From: a virus
DNA length: 64,000 bases
Strand: one strand, 5' to 3'
IMG/VR virus record: IMGVR_UViG_3300031992_000093
Location: 676 to 64,675 of that record
Translations under genes and position numbers: made by a program
Shown here: positions 34,934-44,398 of the stretch, one piece after another
Layout: each line of letters starts with the position of its first letter
How positions within the stretch are numbered: the first letter of the stretch is position 1
The notes under the pieces: generated by a model
Databases searched by the model: none
Told to the model about the DNA's origin: nothing
Seen by the model: the letters and a program-made list of their open reading frames with translations, nothing else

Positions 34934-36244
34934 TTATGTGAATTGATACCGAACCTTCCCCTGACCGAAGTACTGAGGCTTGATAGTGGTCTCAAAAGGA
35001 ATGTTGCCAGCCTTCTTGAACTCTTCAAGCCAGAACTTCTGTTCCGAGTCGTTTGTAAGATACTTGCACAGAACGCCGTCCTGCTTCTTGTACTGGACTA
35101 CATAGCGAGGCCCGTTCTGGGTCTGCACGTCCGGCTCGAAGTCGAGGACGGTAATCTGCATGTTCACCAGTGAGCGCAGATTCTCCGGGGTACCCGGAAG
35201 GATCCGCTTTCCATCCTTGCCAGTGTAGTCAACACCAGCGCCTTGTCTCTTTTTCTTCAATTCTGCAAATGATTCCATATTCTTTCCTGTTAATGTTTTA
35301 TACAAATTCTTGCAGTCACCCCATTTGGCCATGCCTTTGAGGCTTCCGATGATTTCCTGCCTACGCTTGCGGCTCTTGACCTTTGACAGCTTGCGGGCCG
35401 CTTTCTGCTTAGTTCTTTTCCTAAGTCGTGCCTTTTCGCCGTCGTACACGAAGCCGAGGAAGTCTATTCCCTCCTTGATGGGCTTCACGCTCTCATTGGG
35501 CTTTATCTGGAGGCCTAACTCTGCAACCTTCTCATGCATAATGTCGCGGAGCATCCAGAGCTTACTCTTGGAGTCTGCCAGTATGACGATGTCGTCACAA
35601 TAGCGGTAGTAGTACTTGACTCCCAGCACATCCTTGAAGTAGTGGTCGATACTGCTCAGTATGATGTTACCGTAACACTGGCTCGACCTCAGACCGATGG
35701 AGAGGCCCTTCGGCATCATGGTGATGAAGCTATGCAGGATCGGTAGAAGAACGGGGTCTTTTATGTAGTGCTTCACGCACCGCCACATCACTTCCTGGTC
35801 TATCGACTCAAAGAACTTCCTGATGTCGCACTTGTAAAAGAACCTCGTGCCTTCCGGGTCGCTCTCGATGTCGTGGCGCATCTTCTCGAAAAGATGGTGC
35901 ATTCCACGACCGGGGATGCTTGCTGCAGATGTCTTGATGACGCCCGGATATAGCACATCTTCAACGATACGCATGATGGCGTTGCATCCTACCCTGTCAG
36001 TCACGCACGGGCTTTGCACCAGTCTTATCTTAGGCCCGTCCGTTACAAGCATTTCCTGATAGCCCCTCACCCTGAAAGTGCCGTCGGATATCTCCTTTGT
36101 CAGCCAGGCGATAATCGTTTCACGCTTGTTACGATAATATGTACGCCTTGGCTCCTTTAGCTGGTCAACCACTTCGTCAAATGCCCGATCCATATTGGAA
36201 CGCTCAACGATCCTGGCGACCAGATGACCATATCTTTTAGCCAT
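34934..36244 (-). CDS. DGR reverse transcriptase with ~114-aa C-terminal extension
   Basis: KCDIRKFFESID, DGR-type IGLRSSQ, YRYCDD and GIDFLGF. Immediately downstream of the TR. Confidence 0.95.
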   Translation of the reverse strand: MAKRYGHLVARIVERSNMDRAFDEVVDQLKEPRRTYYRNKRETIIAWLTKEISDGTFRVRGYQEMLVTDGPKIRLVQSPCVTDRVGCNAIMRIVEDVLYPGVIKTSAASIPGRGMHHLFEKMRHDIESDPEGTRFFYKCDIRKFFESIDQEVMWRCVKHYIKDPVLLPILHSFITMMPKGLSIGLRSSQCYGNIILSSIDHYFKDVLGVKYYYRYCDDIVILADSKSKLWMLRDIMHEKVAELGLQIKPNESVKPIKEGIDFLGFVYDGEKARLRKRTKQKAARKLSKVKSRKRRQEIIGSLKGMAKWGDCKNLYKTLTGKNMESFAELKKKRQGAGVDYTGKDGKRILPGTPENLRSLVNMQITVLDFEPDVQTQNGPRYVVQYKKQDGVLCKYLTNDSEQKFWLEEFKKAGNIPFETTIKPQYFGQGKVRYQFT

Positions 36245-36465
36245 TACAATTCTTCTTCGTTCGTGTGGCCATAGCATGTTCGAGCAGATGCCTACTTATC
36301 CATAATCGGCCACACCCTGTGATGTTCCAGTTTTCCATCCTGTAAAGGATGCTGTTACTGAGGCTCAAATCCCTCGCCGTCAGCATTCACCCATCCCGTG
36401 AGTGTGCGCCGTAGCGACGATTGTTTCTCCAGATGATTGCTCACCGTGAAGCAGAGTTTCGATTT

Positions 36466-36580
36466 AGCAGAGCCGACCACCGTTGTTCGTGTTCGAGTTC
36501 GTGGAGGCGTTATTCGTGTTCGAATAAGCGACACCCGCGTTCGCGTTCGCATTGTTGTTCGAGCGACCGAGCACCCGGCC
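36466..36580 (-). ncRNA. DGR template repeat (TR)
   Basis: AAC-rich non-coding repeat. It differs from VR1 at 11 positions and from VR2 at 10, all TR adenines. Confidence 0.95.
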
Positions 36581-36629
36581 TGTGGGATTTTCTACCTTTT
36601 TCATATTTCAATCTCGTTTTCCGTTCGGG

Positions 36630-36647
36630 GGTGGCCATGCGGCCACC
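36630..36647. promoter_or_regulatory. GC-rich hairpin downstream of VR1 (DGR target-recognition element)
   Basis: GGTGGCC-ATGC-GGCCACC, a 7-bp stem with a 4-nt loop, 5 nt after the target stop codon. Confidence 0.7.
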
Positions 36648-36652
36648 ACGTT

Positions 36653-39600
36653 CTACGCTGCCGATTCAAGCTCGCTCTCGTTCTCGATCTCACCGAAGAA
36701 GCAGAGCCGACCACCGTTGTACGTGCTCGAGTTCGCGGAGGCGTAATACGTGCTCGAATAAGCGACACCCGCGTACGCGACCGCACTGTAGTTCGAGCGA
36801 CCGAGCACCCGGCCTTTATCACTATTAGATGACTGATAAGCGGCATAGCACATAGCGTATGAGGTCTCTCCCGTATAGGCTGATACCACTATCTCACACC
36901 TTCTGCCGAAGCGGACACGGGCTGCACAGGTAGTATTGTTCAGAGAAGCAGCCTTTACCCTGCGCTCGTTGCCGTCCTGCTGTAAGATGTTGTAGAAGTA
37001 GTCAGTCACATAGGAGGCACTTGCAGGACGCCTCTCTCTGAGGAACTGAGCAAACGAAGGAGCATTAAAGCAGCCCTTGTCAGTCCACTCATAGGTAGAT
37101 GCCGTCCAGCACTCCAGACCCCACATCTTGTTATGCTGGTTCTGTGCCGGGTATGCTGAATCACCCATACCGATATTGTTACGAATACCAGTCGTTTCAC
37201 CAGAGGAAGAACCTCGTCCGACTATGGTTTCAATATCTCTTGTACCGAACCATGCCATCAGCAAGTTTGCCATGTCCTTCGATGTCTCGAAAGGCACGGT
37301 GGTATATTCACCGTTGAGGACGCCAGACTGATACGTGCGGTATCTCGCAAGATTGAAGAAGTCCTGGGCCGTGCCATTGATGCGACTTGTCGGCAAAGCG
37401 GTTGGATTGCCTATGCTGTCGTAAGACCATGCAACCTGTGTCGATGTACCACTGCCGCGAGACACTACCTTGCCACTGATGGAGCGTAGACCACTTGTCG
37501 GAGTTCCGCCAGTAGTGATGCCCTCTGCCCAGCCTTGATAGATGCCGATTAGCTCAGACTTATGTTCTACCCAGTCTGGCTCAATGGCCTCAATCTCCAT
37601 GCTGTCAGTCAAGATAACCTCCGGCTCAGTAGCTGCCGACTCCTTGGTGCAGGCGAAATAGAGATACTTCGCGTTGTCCGGGATGGTCAGGAAGATGTAG
37701 TCGCCGATGTTGTTGTCGAAGTCAGCAGGGTTGACAATGGAACCGTTCACGACAATATCCTGCATTTCAAAGTTGAACACCTGCAGCACCTTATTATTGA
37801 TGCCGACGAAAAGGACACAGGCCATGCCGTCGCTCCTATCATGGTAGCCAGGGAACCTTACCTGCTTCATACCACCGCTAACGTCCACCCTGTATGTGTC
37901 AAGGGCATTGGTTCCGTAAAGCAGAGCCTCGTTCATGGTGTCACCGACGCTGTGCCTGGTATTCAATGGAACAGAATCAGCTATCTTCGTAAGTGATGAC
38001 AGCTGTAATCTCGTTGTGACGGTAGCCGTGCTGTCTGGGGACGTAGTGCGGTTGGAGAGGAACAGGTGCTTTCTCGCATTCTTATAGTCATTGACACCCT
38101 TGTAGTGATACTTAGGGACATATAGGAATACATCACGCAGGAGGATGGAAGAGGCTCCCGTGATGTCGGCAGCAGTTCCGTCAGCCTTTAGCGTATAGTT
38201 CGTCTTGGAAAGAGGCTCAACGTGCATCTTGTGTGTGTCAGGATTGACGTATGCAGTAACAGGAACACAGCGGTCGTGAATCAGCTCTACGTGGCCCGAG
38301 TGGAAATATCCGTTGGGGTGTTCTATGCTGGTATCTGCACCTGCCCTGTAGTCATATCCTGTCTGGTTGTCCTCGTTGGTGATATTCGCCGGATCTGTTT
38401 CTTCGTCACTGAACACATATTCCGAGTACTGACATTCAAGCACCGTAAGGCCGCAGCGCTCGAAGAACGTCTGCATGGTGGAGAAGTCATCCACCACGTC
38501 AAGGAGCTGCACGGTGCCGATCAAAGCGGGATAGGTCTGTTCAGCACCAGTGGCCGTCAGACCCATGTAGCCGGACATGAAGGGTCTCAGAACAGAGGAA
38601 CGGACACGTCCGCTCATGCCCTCAATGCGCACATGGTCTATGTTATGGCACTGCTGGAGCAGTATTCTCCAGTCGAGGTTAGGACACTCGGCGAAGTTGA
38701 GCGCACGGACTGACGCGGCATTCTGCAAAGTTAGCCCGGAATGAGTCAGCTGTGGCAGATAGCGAAGCGTCAGGGTTGTCAGCGTGGCCGGAAGAACAAC
38801 GGTTGTAGCAGGGGCACCCTCCGCAATCTTCACGGTAGTAAGAGAGGTTCCTCCAGCAAGCAGCGTTGTTAGCCTGGTATGCTTCGATACGTCAAAGATT
38901 CCTGCAGTTCCTGTGTGTACCGATGTCTGGCCTGTGATGTCGATATACTGGAGTTTTGACGTCTCTCCGAGAATCAGCGGTGCATTAGACACGCCGACGG
39001 TGGCTGGCATCACCAGCTTGGAAAGCATCGTACAGAGAGAGAGGTTTACGGTACCATTCAACTGACTGCCCATGTTGGTAAAGTCAAGCTCCTTGATGCA
39101 GCTTGCACCTCCGAGCATCAGCGGGTCATTGGTGGCAAGACGCTGTGTGAAGCTGAGCGTCAGTTGTTCGTCGATGTCTGCTCTCGACGGGCCTTGCAGC
39201 CAAATACCGTTTAGCTTGTAACCGAAGTAGTAGAGATCACCGCTCGTCAGCGTCAAGGATGACGGAGTATCGCCTGCCTCACGTACCACCGTGAAAGTCA
39301 TAACGTCGCCGTTGTAGTCACCAGCACCGTAACGGGCATCGAGCAGCCTTGCACGGTCGTTGATGAACTGCCTGATATGTTCCTCACGGCTACCAGTCAG
39401 CGTATAGACGTAGTTCATGGTGTCGATGGTATCAATGTATTTCAGCTTGCCACTCTTGTTGTACTGACGTGCAGACCAGTTGCCAATCATGGTGCCGATG
39501 AACTCGTCGAGCATCTTCTGGTTGGTGAGCTTGTTGCGCAGGGCAATGGCACAGCGTTTCAGATCGCTTTCGAGGTTGGCCAGTACCAGGCACCACAACC

Positions 39601-42600
39601 ATGAGCTGTGGCCCTCAAAGGCATACTTGGCACGCTCTGAGTCGTAGCTGTCTCGCGTGATATTATATAGGTACACGATGAAGGCATCATTACGGATGGC
39701 CTCCCATGTGTCGCCGTCGTAGAATGTGGAGTACCATTTCAGGCCGTCCCACGTTCTCCAGAGGATATTCTTCGCCAGCTGGTCTTTTCCTGCCAGGTAG
39801 TCGATGATAAGGTAGTAGGTCAGCAGGTGGTCAACGTCGAAGTACTGGCTTATCTCGTTCTGGAACTTGGTAGATACCCACTTCGCCTTTGACACGTCGC
39901 TCCATCCTGCGGAGGTGCCGTAGTCTGGATTGGCTCTCATGGCAGCAGGTACGCAGTCGTATATCCAGCCCATCAGACGCTCGATCACGCCACGGGCGCC
40001 TACCCATGTATTGTTGTTGCCGTCGATGATGTTCCCATCTACTGGCTTCACGCTCCACTTGCCTTTAGAGGCATCCCACTGGCCCTCGTTGACGTTTGCC
40101 CACTTCGCATCCTCCGGGAAGTTGAACTCAAAGCCGTCATCAAACTTGTCTGCAAGCTGATTCCTGAGTGCCGTGCTGCCAGCACTACCCGCTGGCTGGA
40201 ACAGCGTCATGGGAGAGTTATTGTCGAGGGCTTCAAGGGCAATGGCACAAGGCCAGTTCACGGGGTTGCCGCCGCTGTCCTTCACACCCTCCATGCCGAA
40301 GATGGTGCCTGACTTGGATTTTTCGTTGTTGAGCACGAACTGGCCGCAATAGGACAAAGCGCCTGCCATGCTGGTACCACAGAAGATGTCGCACGGCAGA
40401 CCGTCAACGGACTGGCGCACACGGGCATCATACTCCTGCGGAGGTGTGAGGAATCCCAAGGAGCGCATGATGTCATCGAATAAGTGGGCACCGCCAGTGT
40501 TACCAGCGAGTGAAGAGTCCACGAAGTCGGTCTTGGCACAGAGGACGGACTGCTCGATGCTGTTGCCGCTGCCTCGCATGGCATAGCCCTTGGCGGTGTC
40601 CGTCACATCGATGCCTCCGACAAACAGCGTCCTCGTCAGCGTGCCGTATGCCTTGACGATGTAGATGCGGATATTCTTATAGGGATATTTCACCGATGAC
40701 GTACCTTGTATGCGGATGATGACATTATATGCCTCGAAACCCTGTCCTATGGGATTTCCGTTAGCATCGAGAGGCGGATCCCAGCGCACATAGTCTGCGA
40801 GGAAGTCCTGTTTCTTGTCAACACAGGCGAAGAGGTCAGTAAGTCCATTGCCGGAGTCGCCGCTTCTGATGATTGTGAGCGTACCGCGACCCTTACTGCG
40901 TAGAGTGTCACGGTTGATGGCAATATTGCCGTCGCTGTCCGCTGTGTTATTGTTGTCGCCTACGGCATTGGCTTCATGTGCTGCTTGAATCTCAGCTGCT
41001 GTAGGACGGGTGAGAATCTGGAGTGATACGATTTCGTCAGCAGTCAGCGGTGTACGGAAGTAGTACATACTGCGGATTCTCACGTCTGCCTTGTCTGAGT
41101 CAACTATTATAGGCTGAGGTGTATTCTGTCTTAGTGAACCACTATATCGGTTAGCACGGCTCAGCTTACCGTTGACAAACAGCATGGCAAGGCCGTAGCC
41201 GTTGCGCACTGGCTGCACGACGAATGCAAGGTGCATCCATATATCACGGGCCATATTGGTGACCACACCATGAGGGCGTGTGATGTAGAGGTCTGCGGCA
41301 TGACTTTCGTCGGTGATGTTTCCGTTTGCGTCCAGATAGTTGCCGTCTGCATCTGTCAATTTCTCTGCGGTCTTAATGCTCTCCACGCCACCGAAGTAAA
41401 GACCGGCTTCTTCGGTGGTCACCTTTATTCCCATCGGGTAGCCTTCGCCTCCGTTGTCCCAGAGACAGCTAACGATGGTGGCTCCACGCTCCATGACCTG
41501 AGAAACCTTGATATCCATGAGGAATGTCATACCCTGGTTCTGGATGGAGTAGTCATTATCCTGCTCGTCGAGCACGAAGAGGTAAATTTCATGCGTCGAT
41601 TTGGCCCCATTCGTTAGCAGCATGGCCGTTACTCCCTGCGCGTCGGTGTTCCACCCGTTGGTGCGGTAGTCAACGCCTGTAAGCGTCGTTATACCGCCCC
41701 AGTCGCTTCGTGTGGCAGGACTCTCGCTGTTGGTACGACCATTGGCTGTTAGTTTGACTCTGTAGCCAACAGGTTCGGTCTCGGTCACACCTGCAGCGGC
41801 AGACACTACTACGGCAAATGTTTTCATGACGTTGCCAACCGTGATAGTCATGACGTGTGTGCCGCTGGTGTCGAAGCGTTGATTGAGCGTCTGCAATGTT
41901 CGGTCTGCAGAAAGGGTCTGCGTGGTCACTCCGTCAACGGCTACTTCAACTTCCGCCTCCAGTGTGTCGGATTTCCATACAGCATAATCCAGGGCCAGTG
42001 ATCCGAACTGCTCAGCAGAAAGAGGAATCGCCTCTGAGCCATAGGCGTATGGAAGCGGCATGTCTGCCAGCTGTGCAATGGGGATTGACATTCTTACGCC
42101 GAGGTAGTTGCCGGAGGCACCCGCTTTCAGCAGGTCAACGCTTACGACGTTACTTAGGAGCCCGGAACTGACTGCCACAAGCTGTATGTTGTGACGTCCC
42201 GGCGTGAGGTCAGCAGCCGTCAGATAGACATTGCCACGGGCAGTACCGCTAACCGTAGCCGTATCGAACTGCACGCCGTCCTTATAGATGTAGATGGTGG
42301 TGCCAGCGGGCACGGTGTATGTATAGGGGATGGTGATTGTCTGGCCGTCAACGAAACCGTTACTCAGGGCCAGAGCCGATGCAGGGTCAAAGGAGGTGGC
42401 CAAGTCCATGGTGATGACGCTCACGCTCTTGAAGCCCTGCGCCCTCTGAGGTTCCTCACCATAGACGGTCTGCGCAATGACGTAGATATTCACCGTTCCT
42501 GCCTGGTTGATGACATCGGGGCCGAGCGTCAGCACCTCGGTAGTTCCTGCGGCCACTGACGGCTTGGTAACGCTATATACCTCGGTGGCACCTATCAATG

Positions 42601-43195
42601 CGCGTATGGTGACGGTCTGAGCTGCCGTACCGCTCGATGACTGCACACCTTCCTCCTGGATGATGTGGTCATACGTCCACCTCATGCTGATGGAGTCGCC
42701 GAGCTTCACACGGGCAGTGGTAAGAAGCTCCGTTGTAACCCTCGGGAACGTCACGGTACCAACCTCGCTTGCGGCAGGGATGCGGACGCTGGCGAAGTCC
42801 GTGCCCTGCTCGTTGGTGAAAACGAGGTCGAGCTGTGACGAGTCGCCTTCCACAGGATCTGTGCGGATGCTGTCGATGGTCTGCCCCTTGATGCTGTTTA
42901 TCTCATGGGCCACGGCTGCATTTTGCACAGCGTTGGAGCTTTCCTCTGACAGCGACTGGTCAACGACAGGAAGGATGATATCCACCACGCCGTTCACGTC
43001 CTTTGTCTGGAGCTGGTTATTTACTCTGAGGCCGGACATCTTCTGCCCAAGCTTCGTCTCATGGTCGGAGAAACTGGCCTTGATGCGCTCTTCGACGCGC
43101 TTTTTGTCATAGCCCCACTCTCCGTTAGAATCCGTGCCAGACCACGCCTGGTTAAGATTCTGCAATTCTTCGTCTATTACTCTTATTTTAGCCAT
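36653..43195 (-). CDS. DGR target 1: large tail adhesin/fibre (beta-sandwich, CotH-kinase-like, LRR and C-type-lectin-like terminal domains)
   Basis: 2180 aa in the tail module. CotH-like RIQGTSS..YPYKN, DQLAKN and FYDGDT motifs, LRR-like repeats, and VR1 at the extreme C-terminus. Confidence 0.9.
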   Translation of the reverse strand: MAKIRVIDEELQNLNQAWSGTDSNGEWGYDKKRVEERIKASFSDHETKLGQKMSGLRVNNQLQTKDVNGVVDIILPVVDQSLSEESSNAVQNAAVAHEINSIKGQTIDSIRTDPVEGDSSQLDLVFTNEQGTDFASVRIPAASEVGTVTFPRVTTELLTTARVKLGDSISMRWTYDHIIQEEGVQSSSGTAAQTVTIRALIGATEVYSVTKPSVAAGTTEVLTLGPDVINQAGTVNIYVIAQTVYGEEPQRAQGFKSVSVITMDLATSFDPASALALSNGFVDGQTITIPYTYTVPAGTTIYIYKDGVQFDTATVSGTARGNVYLTAADLTPGRHNIQLVAVSSGLLSNVVSVDLLKAGASGNYLGVRMSIPIAQLADMPLPYAYGSEAIPLSAEQFGSLALDYAVWKSDTLEAEVEVAVDGVTTQTLSADRTLQTLNQRFDTSGTHVMTITVGNVMKTFAVVVSAAAGVTETEPVGYRVKLTANGRTNSESPATRSDWGGITTLTGVDYRTNGWNTDAQGVTAMLLTNGAKSTHEIYLFVLDEQDNDYSIQNQGMTFLMDIKVSQVMERGATIVSCLWDNGGEGYPMGIKVTTEEAGLYFGGVESIKTAEKLTDADGNYLDANGNITDESHAADLYITRPHGVVTNMARDIWMHLAFVVQPVRNGYGLAMLFVNGKLSRANRYSGSLRQNTPQPIIVDSDKADVRIRSMYYFRTPLTADEIVSLQILTRPTAAEIQAAHEANAVGDNNNTADSDGNIAINRDTLRSKGRGTLTIIRSGDSGNGLTDLFACVDKKQDFLADYVRWDPPLDANGNPIGQGFEAYNVIIRIQGTSSVKYPYKNIRIYIVKAYGTLTRTLFVGGIDVTDTAKGYAMRGSGNSIEQSVLCAKTDFVDSSLAGNTGGAHLFDDIMRSLGFLTPPQEYDARVRQSVDGLPCDIFCGTSMAGALSYCGQFVLNNEKSKSGTIFGMEGVKDSGGNPVNWPCAIALEALDNNSPMTLFQPAGSAGSTALRNQLADKFDDGFEFNFPEDAKWANVNEGQWDASKGKWSVKPVDGNIIDGNNNTWVGARGVIERLMGWIYDCVPAAMRANPDYGTSAGWSDVSKAKWVSTKFQNEISQYFDVDHLLTYYLIIDYLAGKDQLAKNILWRTWDGLKWYSTFYDGDTWEAIRNDAFIVYLYNITRDSYDSERAKYAFEGHSSWLWCLVLANLESDLKRCAIALRNKLTNQKMLDEFIGTMIGNWSARQYNKSGKLKYIDTIDTMNYVYTLTGSREEHIRQFINDRARLLDARYGAGDYNGDVMTFTVVREAGDTPSSLTLTSGDLYYFGYKLNGIWLQGPSRADIDEQLTLSFTQRLATNDPLMLGGASCIKELDFTNMGSQLNGTVNLSLCTMLSKLVMPATVGVSNAPLILGETSKLQYIDITGQTSVHTGTAGIFDVSKHTRLTTLLAGGTSLTTVKIAEGAPATTVVLPATLTTLTLRYLPQLTHSGLTLQNAASVRALNFAECPNLDWRILLQQCHNIDHVRIEGMSGRVRSSVLRPFMSGYMGLTATGAEQTYPALIGTVQLLDVVDDFSTMQTFFERCGLTVLECQYSEYVFSDEETDPANITNEDNQTGYDYRAGADTSIEHPNGYFHSGHVELIHDRCVPVTAYVNPDTHKMHVEPLSKTNYTLKADGTAADITGASSILLRDVFLYVPKYHYKGVNDYKNARKHLFLSNRTTSPDSTATVTTRLQLSSLTKIADSVPLNTRHSVGDTMNEALLYGTNALDTYRVDVSGGMKQVRFPGYHDRSDGMACVLFVGINNKVLQVFNFEMQDIVVNGSIVNPADFDNNIGDYIFLTIPDNAKYLYFACTKESAATEPEVILTDSMEIEAIEPDWVEHKSELIGIYQGWAEGITTGGTPTSGLRSISGKVVSRGSGTSTQVAWSYDSIGNPTALPTSRINGTAQDFFNLARYRTYQSGVLNGEYTTVPFETSKDMANLLMAWFGTRDIETIVGRGSSSGETTGIRNNIGMGDSAYPAQNQHNKMWGLECWTASTYEWTDKGCFNAPSFAQFLRERRPASASYVTDYFYNILQQDGNERRVKAASLNNTTCAARVRFGRRCEIVVSAYTGETSYAMCYAAYQSSNSDKGRVLGRSNYSAVAYAGVAYSSTYYASANSSTYNGGRLCFFGEIENESELESAA
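36700..36814 (-). repeat. DGR variable repeat VR1
   Basis: 115-nt ungapped match to the TR with 11 mismatches, all at TR adenines. Confidence 0.95.
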
Positions 43196-43214
43196 AATTC
43201 AAATGTTTGGTGGT

Positions 43215-43319
43215 TTACCAAGGTTCGCCGTGCCGCCATGCCTCACCATGACGCCAGCAGCTTACATAGTCGATGACTGACTGGACGGCCATCAAAAGGA
43301 ATCTCCTGAAAGCACTCAT
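43215..43319 (-). CDS. 34-aa peptide with WRHGE(A/P)W repeat
   Basis: MSAFRRFLLMAVQSVIDYVSCWRHGEAWRHGEPW. ATGA overlap with the upstream gene. Confidence 0.5.
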   Translation of the reverse strand: MSAFRRFLLMAVQSVIDYVSCWRHGEAWRHGEPW

Positions 43320-43795
43320 GACGCTGCGGCCTCCCAGCCCGCGCACAATCCGAGTCCGTCCTGTATGCTGACATAGTAGGTATAGCCTGCCTGGAACTCC
43401 GGCTCTACCGCCCATCGGACGGTGTCGGAGAGCGTCAGCGTGAAGTTGTCCGACGCTGCCGTGAACTGGAGCATGTATTCGTTGGCAATGCCATCGGTTC
43501 CGGGCGTAAGCGTGATATTGAGAGCCGCCACGCTCCCCCAGATGTTCATCTTGTTTGGATCGATGGCCACCGTCGTCTCTGTCTGCTGCACCTTGACGAT
43601 TTTCGTCTCTTCCCTCAGTCCTGTCACGGACTGCGAGAGCCTGGTCAACGACTGGCTGACACCGCTAACGGTGTTCTGCAGCGTCGTAATCTCGTCGGCA
43701 TTGTGGTTGACGGCCTCCTTCACCTCATTGGCATTGGCCGAGGTGAACAGGTCGCCTCGCACCTTATTCTGATAGTTAATCTTCTGTGCTGCCAT
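43316..43795 (-). CDS. Minor tail protein
   Basis: SANANEVKEAVNHNA followed by a coiled coil and beta domain. Tail context. Confidence 0.7.
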   Translation of the reverse strand: MAAQKINYQNKVRGDLFTSANANEVKEAVNHNADEITTLQNTVSGVSQSLTRLSQSVTGLREETKIVKVQQTETTVAIDPNKMNIWGSVAALNITLTPGTDGIANEYMLQFTAASDNFTLTLSDTVRWAVEPEFQAGYTYYVSIQDGLGLCAGWEAAAS

Positions 43796-43799
43796 AATG

Positions 43800-44129
43800 T
43801 TATTCTAATAGTTCAAAACCGAAAACATCGGGGTCATCCGTAGGGTTGAACACATACGGGAACCCCACTTCTTCGCCAAGCGTGAAGCCGCCCAGCGTCG
43901 CCTCTCCCTCGATTGGCTTGAAGAGATAGTCGAAGCCTATGCGCTCTGCCACATTCTCGCCACCGATGCTGAGGGCGTGAGTGAGCAGCAGTGGAACATT
44001 GCGCGTCCCCTTGCCGTCATCGACGTCTGGCATGTTGGTGTCAGCCACCTTGACGCGGACAATCTTCCTGCGCCCGTCGGCATCTGGCTCCTGCCTCGTT
44101 ACGTGTAGCTTGATGTGTTGCAGTGGCAT
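43800..44129 (-). CDS. Hypothetical tail-module protein
   Basis: 109 aa, tightly packed. Confidence 0.65.
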   Translation of the reverse strand: MPLQHIKLHVTRQEPDADGRRKIVRVKVADTNMPDVDDGKGTRNVPLLLTHALSIGGENVAERIGFDYLFKPIEGEATLGGFTLGEEVGFPYVFNPTDDPDVFGFELLE

Positions 44130-44132
44130 GGC

Positions 44133-44393
44133 TTACTTGATAGCGTCAAGTGCAGGGATAAGTTCTCGCTTCACGATGGCCTTGAAGCCCTCGTCGATAA
44201 ACATCTTCACCGTCTGGGCCTGTTCCTTGCTCAAATCCACCTCATGCTTGTGGTAGATGTCGTGGCCGAGGTCTGCTACTGCGATGTCCTTTGCATTCAG
44301 GTACATCATGTTTCCTAACTCCTTCGAGATGTCAACGGTCTGTACGTTGCCCTCGATGTCCTTAATCTGGACTTTTGAAAAATCAATTTTCAT
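44133..44393 (-). CDS. Small conserved phage protein (possible tail chaperone)
   Basis: MKIDFSKVQIKDIEG...LGNMMY...LGHDIY. Confidence 0.7.
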   Translation of the reverse strand: MKIDFSKVQIKDIEGNVQTVDISKELGNMMYLNAKDIAVADLGHDIYHKHEVDLSKEQAQTVKMFIDEGFKAIVKRELIPALDAIK

Positions 44394-44398
44394 AATAA

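Noticed and set aside
34934-36244. RT as a group II intron, retron or Abi RT
   Set aside because: The IGLRSSQ motif and the adjacent TR/VR pair with adenine-only mismatches identify a DGR RT. No maturase or endonuclease domain is evident.
36355-36846. ORFs with VRVRVR or RTRTR repeats (36437-36832, 36421-36828, 36355-36552, 36601-36846)
   Set aside because: They are shadow translations of the TR and VR1 repeats. None resembles Avd.
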